From positions 1-64,000 of IMG/VR virus record IMGVR_UViG_3300025389_001023: a stretch of 64,000 nucleotides of DNA; one strand, written 5' to 3'. The notes below the pieces were generated by a model. It saw only the letters and a program-made list of their open reading frames with translations, was not told where the DNA came from and searched no databases. This DNA comes from a virus (taxonomy: Duplodnaviria > Caudoviricetes). A program made the position numbers and the translations under genes. Below are positions 30,697 to 38,786 of this stretch, piece after piece; within the stretch, counting starts at the first letter, position 1, and each line of letters opens with the position of its first letter.

Positions 30697-30742
30697 TAGT
30701 ATTTATTATATTTGAAATACGTAAAAAATTCTACTATTTAGG

Positions 30743-30964
30743 TTAAAATAGTTTTGGTGGAAGTTGCTGACTACGCAAGTGTTTCTTCCATCTACTCTTT
30801 GCTTGACCTCTAGCAATTTTTCTTTTTGTAGTTGGTTTAACGTACTGTTGGCGGTCACGGACTTCTTGTAGCAAATTTGAATCTGCTATCTTCTTTTTGA
30901 ATTTACGTAATGCTTTTTCAACATTTCCGTCTTGTACTATTACTTTTCTGCCTTTTAATATCAT
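30743..30964 (-). CDS. rpsU: Ribosomal protein bS21
   Basis: NVEKALRKFKKK...EVRDRQQYVKPTTKRK. Confidence 0.92.
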   Translation of the reverse strand: MILKGRKVIVQDGNVEKALRKFKKKIADSNLLQEVRDRQQYVKPTTKRKIARGQAKSRWKKHLRSQQLPPKLF

Positions 30965-32169
30965 AATATAGATTTTGGTTCCAAAACTAAGTTTCGAGTA
31001 ATATTTATCTGTTTTATGTTATTTTCTCTATAACTTCTAGTATTAAACATATGAGGCATTAACACTCGTTCAATTTCAGTATGTAACCCACGTGCACCTG
31101 TTTTTAGTGTTAAACAATTCTCGACAATTTGGTCTAGTGCTTCATCTTCAAAATTTAATTCAATATTGTCAATAGATAACAGATATTTGTATTGGTCAAT
31201 ATAACTATTCTTAACATCAACTAATACACTTTTAAGTTGATCTTTGGTTAATTCACTAATGCTAACTGTTGTTGTAAAACGACCGATAAATTCTGGAATC
31301 ATGCCAAACTTAACTAAGTCATCAGGTGTAGTTAATGCTAAATCACCCTCTTTTTTATTATCATGTACCTGTGCATTAAAACCAATACTAGTACCATTCA
31401 ATCGTTTATTCAAGACCTCTTTTAATCCTACAAAGGCTCCGCCTGCAATAAACAATATATTCTTTGTGTTGACTTCTAACATATCACCACCGGGGTGTTT
31501 ACGCCCACCACCGTTTGGTATGCGGCAAATAGTTCCCTCAACCAATTTAAGCAATGCTTGTTGTACACCCTCACCGCTTACATCACGTGTGATGCTTGTG
31601 CTTTCACTTTTACGTGCAATCTTATCAATCTCGTCAATAAATACGATCCCGCGTTCAGCAAGTTTAGCATCACCATTAGCGGCATTGACCAACATTGATA
31701 TCATACTTTCAGCATCGTCACCCACGTAACCTGCTTCTGTTAAACTTGTAGCATCAGCAACTACAAAAGGCACTTCAAGATATTTTGCTACTGTTTTTGC
31801 TAATAGTGTTTTACCACTACCAGTTGGACCAATCAATAATACATTACCTTTTTGAATTTCTAAATCTTTAGGCGGGTGTGTAATTCGCTTATAGTGATTA
31901 GCAATAGCAACACTTAATATTGTTTTTGCATTGTCTTGGCCAATTACATGCAAGTCTAAAAAATCCTTGATTGTACAAGGATCATATTTGACATTAAGTT
32001 CTTGTTTAGTTTCTACATCCTCAGCAACTGATTCTTCTTCCATTAAGTGTAGACATAAATCAATACATTCGCTACAGATGGCTACATCATCTCCAACAAT
32101 TAATTTTTTTACTTTGTCTTTGTGATTGTTGCAAAAGGAGCAGTGGTTAAGTTGTTTTTCAATTGTCAT
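30961..32169 (-). CDS. clpX: ATP-dependent Clp protease ATP-binding subunit ClpX
   Basis: CSFC..CSECIDLC zinc domain, GPTGSGKT, EAGYVG, DEIDK, RKHP, IGF loop, GARGL. Confidence 0.97.
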   Translation of the reverse strand: MTIEKQLNHCSFCNNHKDKVKKLIVGDDVAICSECIDLCLHLMEEESVAEDVETKQELNVKYDPCTIKDFLDLHVIGQDNAKTILSVAIANHYKRITHPPKDLEIQKGNVLLIGPTGSGKTLLAKTVAKYLEVPFVVADATSLTEAGYVGDDAESMISMLVNAANGDAKLAERGIVFIDEIDKIARKSESTSITRDVSGEGVQQALLKLVEGTICRIPNGGGRKHPGGDMLEVNTKNILFIAGGAFVGLKEVLNKRLNGTSIGFNAQVHDNKKEGDLALTTPDDLVKFGMIPEFIGRFTTTVSISELTKDQLKSVLVDVKNSYIDQYKYLLSIDNIELNFEDEALDQIVENCLTLKTGARGLHTEIERVLMPHMFNTRSYRENNIKQINITRNLVLEPKSIL

Positions 32170-32204
32170 GTTTTATTTATATAATTAATTTTTATGTCTT
32201 ATTT

Positions 32205-33191
32205 TTAACAACTACTGTTTGGCACAACAGATACATCAATGGTAATTGTTTTTTGCAAAATCCATTCGTGCTGTCTGTCAATAGTTGCATGTAATGTATT
32301 TTCTTCTGATTCGTTACCGTAAACAACAATATTATTTGGTTCTCCAATATAGTAAAAGTTATTTTTTTTACCTGTTAACGAATTTGGAATCCAACAACTA
32401 CTGTACAATTTAGAATTATTCCCATCACGCAATGTTAGTTTAATTCTAACTTCACGTTCACCCGCCATAGACGATTTAACTTTTTCAATCATTGGAATGT
32501 CATTGAATTCATAATGATTGTGCTTACCTATTACATAGTCTTTAGGGTTCTTTGCCATTACAGTAACATTGGCTGGTGCTCTTTCAAATAAACCAAACTT
32601 GTTATCCTGTGTGATTTGCATGGCTTCATTAAAAGCCTCAATGTAATCATAGTTCCAAACTAACTTATATGGAATTTGTAAAATAGTATTTTGATACTTA
32701 TCAACCACTACACTAAAAGGTTGAGTTTTTATAGTAAATGCATTTTGTGGATATGATTGCATAACGATATCAATTATTTGATATGCGTCTTGTTTCTGAC
32801 TTCTGTATGAAACAATTTTGTCATGTAATTTATAACCATCAACATAGTTTTCTACTTTACCTGTACTAAGTTTTTGATTCAACAATTTGCTAGGATTAAC
32901 TAAAACATCCATTACAATGGTAGTTGTTTGTCCTACAGTAAAGGATGATACTATTTTATAGTCATAAACATAACCAGCACTATAAACTGAAATGTTATTT
33001 TTATCAAGGCTATTGATAGTGGATTCTTGTTCGCTTAATACCACTGTACCAATCTTTAATTGTACAGCTTCACGAAAAGCATTATTTTTTGCCTCAGTTA
33101 ATGTAGAGCCTTGACCAGTAACACGTATATAGTCATTAGCAAAACAATTAACTGAAACAAATAAAAACGCTACAATTAGTAGCCTAAACAT
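32205..33191 (-). CDS. Exported protein (LPP20-like N-terminal domain)
   Basis: Signal peptide; VTGQGSTLTEAKNNAFREAV. Confidence 0.6.
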   Translation of the reverse strand: MFRLLIVAFLFVSVNCFANDYIRVTGQGSTLTEAKNNAFREAVQLKIGTVVLSEQESTINSLDKNNISVYSAGYVYDYKIVSSFTVGQTTTIVMDVLVNPSKLLNQKLSTGKVENYVDGYKLHDKIVSYRSQKQDAYQIIDIVMQSYPQNAFTIKTQPFSVVVDKYQNTILQIPYKLVWNYDYIEAFNEAMQITQDNKFGLFERAPANVTVMAKNPKDYVIGKHNHYEFNDIPMIEKVKSSMAGEREVRIKLTLRDGNNSKLYSSCWIPNSLTGKKNNFYYIGEPNNIVVYGNESEENTLHATIDRQHEWILQKTITIDVSVVPNSSC

Positions 33192-33193
33192 GA

Positions 33194-33832
33194 TTAATTA
33201 CTATTGAATTTTTTACGCAATGCGGCTGTTGCCATATCACTTTCTCTATCCCAACGAATAGTTACAGTAATGTCCTGTGGACCTGTAACCTCTTGTTTGA
33301 TTGGATAGAAACCATGTAATCTTGCCTGAGCATTGTTGCGAATATTTTCAGTTAAATTAACTGCGGTGTCATTGCTATTTTTACGAATACTAAAATTAGT
33401 ATCTTTTTCAGCTTCCGTGTCACTCATGCTTACAGTATCACCTTCGGTCATGTGCGATTTAAGACGGTCGTTTGCTTTTTCAACGTTTTTAGCAATTGTA
33501 CTTTGGACCTTATTACTAGAAATTTCCTCATTCATAAAGTGTGCGACATTTGCCAATGCCTGCATTCTAGCACGTGTTACTGCTTGAGTACGGTTATTAC
33601 TGCTATTACCAAATGTGCTTACTGTTGCGCTACTTGTGATAGATGAAATTTCACAATCAGTTTTAAAGGGCTTATACCAGGCACAATCTGTTTCAATTTT
33701 AATCATGTCATTGTGAAATGACGTAGATAATTTTTGATTACGAATTGGTTCTGCTTCTCCTGTACCTTTTGTAGCTACAGTACTGCAACCTACCAAACTA
33801 ACAACAATTCCTGAAATAAGTAAACGTTTCAT
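33194..33832 (-). CDS. Lipoprotein (LPP20-like)
   Basis: Lipobox LVGC; ARMQALANVAHF. Confidence 0.65.
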   Translation of the reverse strand: MKRLLISGIVVSLVGCSTVATKGTGEAEPIRNQKLSTSFHNDMIKIETDCAWYKPFKTDCEISSITSSATVSTFGNSSNNRTQAVTRARMQALANVAHFMNEEISSNKVQSTIAKNVEKANDRLKSHMTEGDTVSMSDTEAEKDTNFSIRKNSNDTAVNLTENIRNNAQARLHGFYPIKQEVTGPQDITVTIRWDRESDMATAALRKKFNSN

Positions 33833-33869
33833 TTTAAAACATCCTAAGAGTTACGATAATGATAGTATA

Positions 33870-35561
33870 TTATAGGTTAGATTTATTGTCATCTTTTTTG
33901 GTTAAATATTCCTCAATCTGTTGTTTTTCGCTTTCGGACAACAAGTCTATGTCATACTCACCGTTGTCAATTTTTTGGATAAGGTATTTGATGTATTCTT
34001 CATCATGTAAATAACTAGAATTTTCTTTGTTTACGGCAATCCATCGTATTCCATCAAATTTATACACACGGTTTGGTAATACGTCAACACGTACAAATGT
34101 GTCACCCTTGTTTGCTAATTTGGGAAACTCTGACCCAAAACTTGTATTACTTTGTCTTTGGTTGTCTGCGACCAATTTTAATACATCAGGGCGCATATTT
34201 TTTAACACATCCATAGACATGTGTTTCCCATCATAAACCACATAACCACCATCTAGTTCTTGAAATGGTATTTCTTTGGTTACTCCATCTGTGGTTATCG
34301 GATCTACTGCATCTATTGTTACTTCAGAATCTACAGTTGGTTCTGCAATTTTTATAATATTTTTTTGTTCACCAAAAGTTACTTCTGGTTCATTCATAAT
34401 ATAGTTGCTATTACTAAAATTAACTTGTTCCGTTTTGATATCAAGTTCTCTAGCTAATTCTTCTAGTTCACGATTTATTCTTTCAATGGCTTCATCATTG
34501 GTTTCTTGTTCGTCAAAATCAAACTCTTGTTGTAAAGATTCTTCTTTCCAACTATCTGCAACATCACATTCTTTATTTGGGCAGAATAAACCTATTCCCG
34601 GTGCATCAACCAATTCTGTGCCACATTTATAACAATTGATTGGTTCGACTTCTTGTGTTTCTTGTTTAGCATGTTTACGTAGTGCTTCCAGTGCTTCCTC
34701 ATTAATAGGACCATCGTCAGGTTCATAATCGGGCATTGTAACATCGGCTACATAGATAGGAGCCAGTTCTTCTTGTTGCTTTTTATATTCTTCGTTGTCC
34801 CAAATACGACTTTGATTTGCCGCAATAACCAGCATTAATGCCAATGGGTCAAACACTAATACAATAAGAATAATTACCCAACGTACAGCACGTTCTAATA
34901 AATTACTATCTGGGTTATCACCATACATGAATGCGGCAATGTATTTGATTGGTCCTACTTCAGCTTCAACCTTGCGTACTTCGGCGGCAATAGGCGCACG
35001 GGCATCACTAAGTTCTGCGATAGACTTCTGCGACTGTGATATTTCAGCTTGAAGGCGAGTACGTTCTTTCTGCTGGGCTTTACGCAAAGCCACAGCTTTG
35101 TCGGCACCCTTTTCATCTGTTGAGCGGCCCAGTACTTGGTCCACTCCCTCATCCATCTGTTTAAGTGCCTTACGGTTCGCTTCAATATTCTCTTTTTCGG
35201 TTTTAATTTTTTCATCATAGACTGCTATCTTTGCGGCAACATCACCGCTTACTAAACTTTGGTCACTATGTGCTTTACTTAAGAAACCAAAGATACCCAT
35301 GCTTGTCATTAATGCCAACGCAAGAACCGCAGGAATCAAATATAGTTTAAGTAAAAAACTTATACGTTCCCAGTATAGTTTTAACCAAACAGTTGTAACA
35401 ATCTTTGATAGTTCTAGTATAGAACCCATGATAATGATAGGAATCACGGCTCCTGCAAAGATAGCAGTAAGACCTGATATACTATACCAAGCGGCAATAG
35501 CACTTAATGAAAGTGCTACTAGTAGGGTAAAATTAGAGAAGGTGAATATTTTTCTTAGCAT
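33870..35561 (-). CDS. Multi-pass membrane protein with coiled coil and Zn-ribbon
   Basis: N-terminal transmembrane helices, TSMGIFGFLSKAH, EVGPIKY, VFDPLA, CYKC...CPNKEC. Confidence 0.7.
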   Translation of the reverse strand: MLRKIFTFSNFTLLVALSLSAIAAWYSISGLTAIFAGAVIPIIIMGSILELSKIVTTVWLKLYWERISFLLKLYLIPAVLALALMTSMGIFGFLSKAHSDQSLVSGDVAAKIAVYDEKIKTEKENIEANRKALKQMDEGVDQVLGRSTDEKGADKAVALRKAQQKERTRLQAEISQSQKSIAELSDARAPIAAEVRKVEAEVGPIKYIAAFMYGDNPDSNLLERAVRWVIILIVLVFDPLALMLVIAANQSRIWDNEEYKKQQEELAPIYVADVTMPDYEPDDGPINEEALEALRKHAKQETQEVEPINCYKCGTELVDAPGIGLFCPNKECDVADSWKEESLQQEFDFDEQETNDEAIERINRELEELARELDIKTEQVNFSNSNYIMNEPEVTFGEQKNIIKIAEPTVDSEVTIDAVDPITTDGVTKEIPFQELDGGYVVYDGKHMSMDVLKNMRPDVLKLVADNQRQSNTSFGSEFPKLANKGDTFVRVDVLPNRVYKFDGIRWIAVNKENSSYLHDEEYIKYLIQKIDNGEYDIDLLSESEKQQIEEYLTKKDDNKSNL

Positions 35562-35570
35562 AAGTTATAT

Positions 35571-35804
35571 TTATTCAAATAAATGTCCATAGAATTCTAT
35601 AAATGATGCTAATGGTAATATTAGTTTTTGTGGAATTCCAGGACCTTGGTAAGTAAAATAAGTCACAGAGGCTCCGCCTCGGCGCTCATCCTTAAGGTTA
35701 ATTCTAACTATTTCTAGTTTGTTACCATCTTCAAAGACATGAGAATCACCCTCTTTAAAATTAAAAGAGGGTATATCATCTTCTTGATCCATCATTTGAT
35801 CCAT
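35571..35804 (-). CDS. Hypothetical protein
   Basis: ORF track. Confidence 0.55.
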   Translation of the reverse strand: MDQMMDQEDDIPSFNFKEGDSHVFEDGNKLEIVRINLKDERRGGASVTYFTYQGPGIPQKLILPLASFIEFYGHLFE

Positions 35805-36658
35805 TATTTTTTAGTCTTTTCTGAAAACATTTCATTTAGAATACGATTTTGTTCTTCAATTTCTTCATCAGTGGGTGGCTCACCTTCGTATTCAGCGTTA
35901 CCCTGGTCTTCTTCGGATAACATTTCAAATTCACGTTTGAGTTCTTCAAGTGCCTCTTCTAATTCTTTAGTTTTTTGTTCATCATCTTCACGGTTATCCA
36001 TATCGACCCAACCCTCACCGCAATGTGGGCATATATACTGACCATCCATTTCAATCAAGTCTTCTTGTGCTACAACTTTATCACAGCTATAGCAAGATTC
36101 ACCTTCAAGGTTTTCTTCTACGTCTATTGCCGCCCAACGTGCCTCACGTTCCAAACGTTCTTTTTCTTTCTGAACACCTTCTTCAGTCAATTCAGTATCA
36201 CTATCACACATTGGACAAACATCTTTTGTGATATCTGATTCTTCTTCGGAACTATAGTAATCTTCAATTACAGTACCATCTTCACGCAAATGTTGTGTTA
36301 GTGTTTGCCAACTCTTACCTTCCCAACGACACTTAGTACACTTATGTGTAGAAGGGGTGTCTTCGGGAGCAGTATGATAACTGTCCTCATCGCCGTATTC
36401 ATAGGTAACCTCGTACCCGCCTTTGCGGTCAGTCCAACAATCATCGTATTGAAAGTCCCATTCAATATCAACATCATTATTCCAGGCCTCATCGATAATT
36501 TCTTCAATATCGGCTTCACCGTTTTCAAGTTGTTCTAATAAACTAGCGATTTCATCTTCATCATAGTCAGGGTAGATTTCGTTGAGGATGTCTTCATTAA
36601 GTTCATATGTGTATTGTCTATCAACTTGATGCCATTCATGTTTTACAATAGTTACCAT
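35804..36658 (-). CDS. Acidic Zn-ribbon protein
   Basis: D/E-rich; CTKC, CPMC, CYSC and CPHC. Confidence 0.7.
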   Translation of the reverse strand: MVTIVKHEWHQVDRQYTYELNEDILNEIYPDYDEDEIASLLEQLENGEADIEEIIDEAWNNDVDIEWDFQYDDCWTDRKGGYEVTYEYGDEDSYHTAPEDTPSTHKCTKCRWEGKSWQTLTQHLREDGTVIEDYYSSEEESDITKDVCPMCDSDTELTEEGVQKEKERLEREARWAAIDVEENLEGESCYSCDKVVAQEDLIEMDGQYICPHCGEGWVDMDNREDDEQKTKELEEALEELKREFEMLSEEDQGNAEYEGEPPTDEEIEEQNRILNEMFSEKTKK

Positions 36659-36794
36659 GGATACTTTCCTTAAAAATTATATTATATATTGTTTTATAGC
36701 AAAATCAAAAGAAATAGGATAAATGCCATGATCGGATGACCAAATAATAGAAAAAATATTATGGCCATTGTGCCATAAAATGCACGGTCATCAC

Positions 36795-36992
36795 TCATAA
36801 TTCAACTCCAAAATGTTTTCGAATAGCCCTGCCTGCCGTGTCCCAATCTTCGCCGGCAATATCAGCACACTCACGTATAATCAGTTCAGCAAATTTTTTG
36901 TTATATTCTTTTATCCAATCCTCAACGCCCAAGGTATCTGTTGGGATACTTTTGGCAGCTTGTTCGGAAAATTCTTGAATTATGTCGTTCAT
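36795..36992 (-). CDS. MNE...KFAELI...HFGVE family protein
   Basis: KKFAELIIREC...IRKHFGVEL. Confidence 0.75.
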   Translation of the reverse strand: MNDIIQEFSEQAAKSIPTDTLGVEDWIKEYNKKFAELIIRECADIAGEDWDTAGRAIRKHFGVEL

Positions 36993-37216
36993 ATAATTCT
37001 TCCCAATCCACAGTAAATTAATTGATCCAATTCATATTGATAGTCTAAACCATTCCTACGCTTATGATAAATGGTAACAAGTAATTCTGTGGTAATTGAC
37101 CTATCAACAAGGCCAAGACCCCGAAGTTCCATTTCGTCTAAAATTTCCTCATCATCAAAGTCTGCTAAATCAACATCGATTTCGACTTCTTTATAAACAG
37201 ATTGATATCTACTCAT
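36989..37216 (-). CDS. Hypothetical protein (array cargo)
   Basis: ATGA-coupled to both neighbours. Confidence 0.65.
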   Translation of the reverse strand: MSRYQSVYKEVEIDVDLADFDDEEILDEMELRGLGLVDRSITTELLVTIYHKRRNGLDYQYELDQLIYCGLGRII

Positions 37217-37434
37217 TCTTCAACTCCAAAATGTGCTCGAATAAATTTACTCACATAAGAATCCATGTCTGCTCGTTCTACTTCATCAGCAATATTACAA
37301 CATTCTTGAACCAGCAACTCGGCAAACTCTCTTAACACCTCAGTAACATTTGATTCTGGAGCAAGTATTTCACGCCTACTTTCAGAAACATAAAAGCCGG
37401 CTTGTTCGGCAAGTGTGTTAAATCGTTCGTTCAT
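37213..37434 (-). CDS. MNE...FAEL...HFGVEE family protein
   Basis: MNERF..LAEQAG...FAELLVQEC...HFGVEE. Confidence 0.8.
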   Translation of the reverse strand: MNERFNTLAEQAGFYVSESRREILAPESNVTEVLREFAELLVQECCNIADEVERADMDSYVSKFIRAHFGVEE

Positions 37435-37547
37435 CTGCCATCCTTAGCATCATTATAACCAATCAGATAACCCATCACCAATGCAAACAACATACCCGCA
37501 ATAGCAATGGCTGTGCCAATGATTGGATCCCAATTAAATTCATTCAT
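37431..37547 (-). CDS. Small single-TM protein (array cargo)
   Basis: MNEFNWDPIIGTAIAIAGMLFALVMGYLIGY; likely start at 37547. Confidence 0.55.
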   Translation of the reverse strand: MNEFNWDPIIGTAIAIAGMLFALVMGYLIGYNDAKDGR

Positions 37548-37716
37548 GCCGGTCCTTTTCCCAAGGGGTAAATTCGTATCTGTAAATTGGTAACAGGCCA
37601 AACAACCATGTACCAACCTTTACTTGTTTTAATTCTCTATGCTCAACTTCGGGCCGGTATTGGTCTGGGGTGTTCCTGATTCTCGTGAAGTCATCTTGGA
37701 AATTTGTTAGGTTCAT
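37540..37716 (-). CDS. Small hypothetical protein (array cargo)
   Basis: 58-aa ORF MNLTNFQDD...PWEKDRHE read manually; ATGA-coupled to the upstream gene. Confidence 0.55.
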   Translation of the reverse strand: MNLTNFQDDFTRIRNTPDQYRPEVEHRELKQVKVGTWLFGLLPIYRYEFTPWEKDRHE

Positions 37717-37961
37717 TGTTCGACTCCGAAATGTTCTCTAATTCCACTAATCATCTTTTCACAAGCACGGTCATACCCAATAACATAATGTGTATCAGTT
37801 GCTGGTTCCCCTCTAACCTCAAAGGCAATGTCTAAACAGTCTCTGACAATCAACTCGGCGAACTTTTGTTGTGCCGGAGTTAATGTAGTCCTGTCGAAGC
37901 CATTATACTCTGCGACAATCAGACCAGCCTGTACCGCAAGTTGTGTAAATCGTTCGTTCAT
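37713..37961 (-). CDS. MNER...KFAELIV...HFGVE family protein
   Basis: Family motifs present. Confidence 0.8.
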   Translation of the reverse strand: MNERFTQLAVQAGLIVAEYNGFDRTTLTPAQQKFAELIVRDCLDIAFEVRGEPATDTHYVIGYDRACEKMISGIREHFGVEQ

Positions 37962-38197
37962 TCTTCAACTCCGAAATGTTCTTTAATTGCTGTTTTAATA
38001 CTTTCTGCCTTGACCCACATTCCCATATCATACTCGTCATGCTCATCATCGTTAGATTCATGTTCACAAAATTTGACACATTCTAGCACAATCAACTCGG
38101 CGAACTTTTCTTTATTGAAATTATCATAACTTACTCCCCACTTATGTTCTTCGATAGTAGTGGCTTGCTTAACAAGTTCTCGAATTCGTTCGTTCAT
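37958..38197 (-). CDS. MNER...KFAELIV...HFGVEE family protein
   Basis: Family motifs present. Confidence 0.8.
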   Translation of the reverse strand: MNERIRELVKQATTIEEHKWGVSYDNFNKEKFAELIVLECVKFCEHESNDDEHDEYDMGMWVKAESIKTAIKEHFGVEE

Positions 38198-38200
38198 TCT

Positions 38201-38314
38201 TCAACTCCGAAATGTTCTTTTAAGTATATTACTAATGCCAACAAATACAAAAATAATTGGCAAAACTAATAAACCAATAACGACCATCCACCAAGGCATA
38301 TCTCGTTCGTTCAT
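38201..38314 (-). CDS. 37-aa single-TM peptide between two repeats
   Basis: MNERDMPWWMVVIGLLVLPIIFVFVGISNILKRTFRS read manually. Confidence 0.6.
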   Translation of the reverse strand: MNERDMPWWMVVIGLLVLPIIFVFVGISNILKRTFRS

Positions 38315-38571
38315 TCTTCAACTCCGAAATGTTGTTTAATCTGGTCAATACATTGAGAACCACCGTTAAGCCAAGTGTCAACTGATTTAGGAACAGGATC
38401 ACTAATAACTTGTTCACAACATCCAATACATTCTTTCACAATCAACTCGGCGAACTTTTCTTTGTCAAAATATTCTACTTGTTCTATGTAACCTTTACCT
38501 CTGTAACCTTCATGATTCATGGAGAGAGTTGAAGTAGCCTGTTCAGCAAGTTCTTTAATTCGTTCGTTCAT
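38311..38571 (-). CDS. MNER...KFAELIV...HFGVEE family protein
   Basis: Family motifs present. Confidence 0.8.
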   Translation of the reverse strand: MNERIKELAEQATSTLSMNHEGYRGKGYIEQVEYFDKEKFAELIVKECIGCCEQVISDPVPKSVDTWLNGGSQCIDQIKQHFGVEE

Positions 38572-38786
38572 TCTTCAACTCCGAAATGTGTTAAAATATT
38601 TCCACCAATCCACTCACACTTATTCTCATCCGCAAGGTCAGCAACTTTAGCACATTCCTTGACAATCAATTCGGCAAACTTTTCATCACGAATACGATTA
38701 TATCTCACAATCTCTCTAAGGTCAGGTTCTATAACCCTAGCTAACGCATCAGCTTGTTTGGTTAATTTATAAATTAGTTCATTCAT
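38568..38786 (-). CDS. MNE...KFAELIV...HFGVEE family protein
   Basis: Family motifs; coupled to the ligase stop. Confidence 0.8.
   Translation of the reverse strand: MNELIYKLTKQADALARVIEPDLREIVRYNRIRDEKFAELIVKECAKVADLADENKCEWIGGNILTHFGVEE

Larger units (their letters stand above)
36795..38786 (-). repeat. Tandem mini-gene array with identical 30-bp junction repeats
   Basis: tcgttcgttcattcttcaactccgaaatgt identical at 37950, 38186, 38303 and 38560; half copies near 36795, 37213, 37423 and 37713; second 22-bp block identical at 37846, 38088 and 38438. Confidence 0.9.

Noticed and set aside
37950-38589. 30-bp direct repeats as a CRISPR array
   Set aside because: Intervening segments are 87-227 bp, uneven and protein-coding; the repeat contains an RBS and stop/start; no cas genes are in the window.
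36795-38786. Integron cassette array or DGR
   Set aside because: There is no attC-like RYYYAAC...GTTRRRY long hairpin, no tyrosine integrase or reverse transcriptase in the window, and the variation is not adenine-specific.
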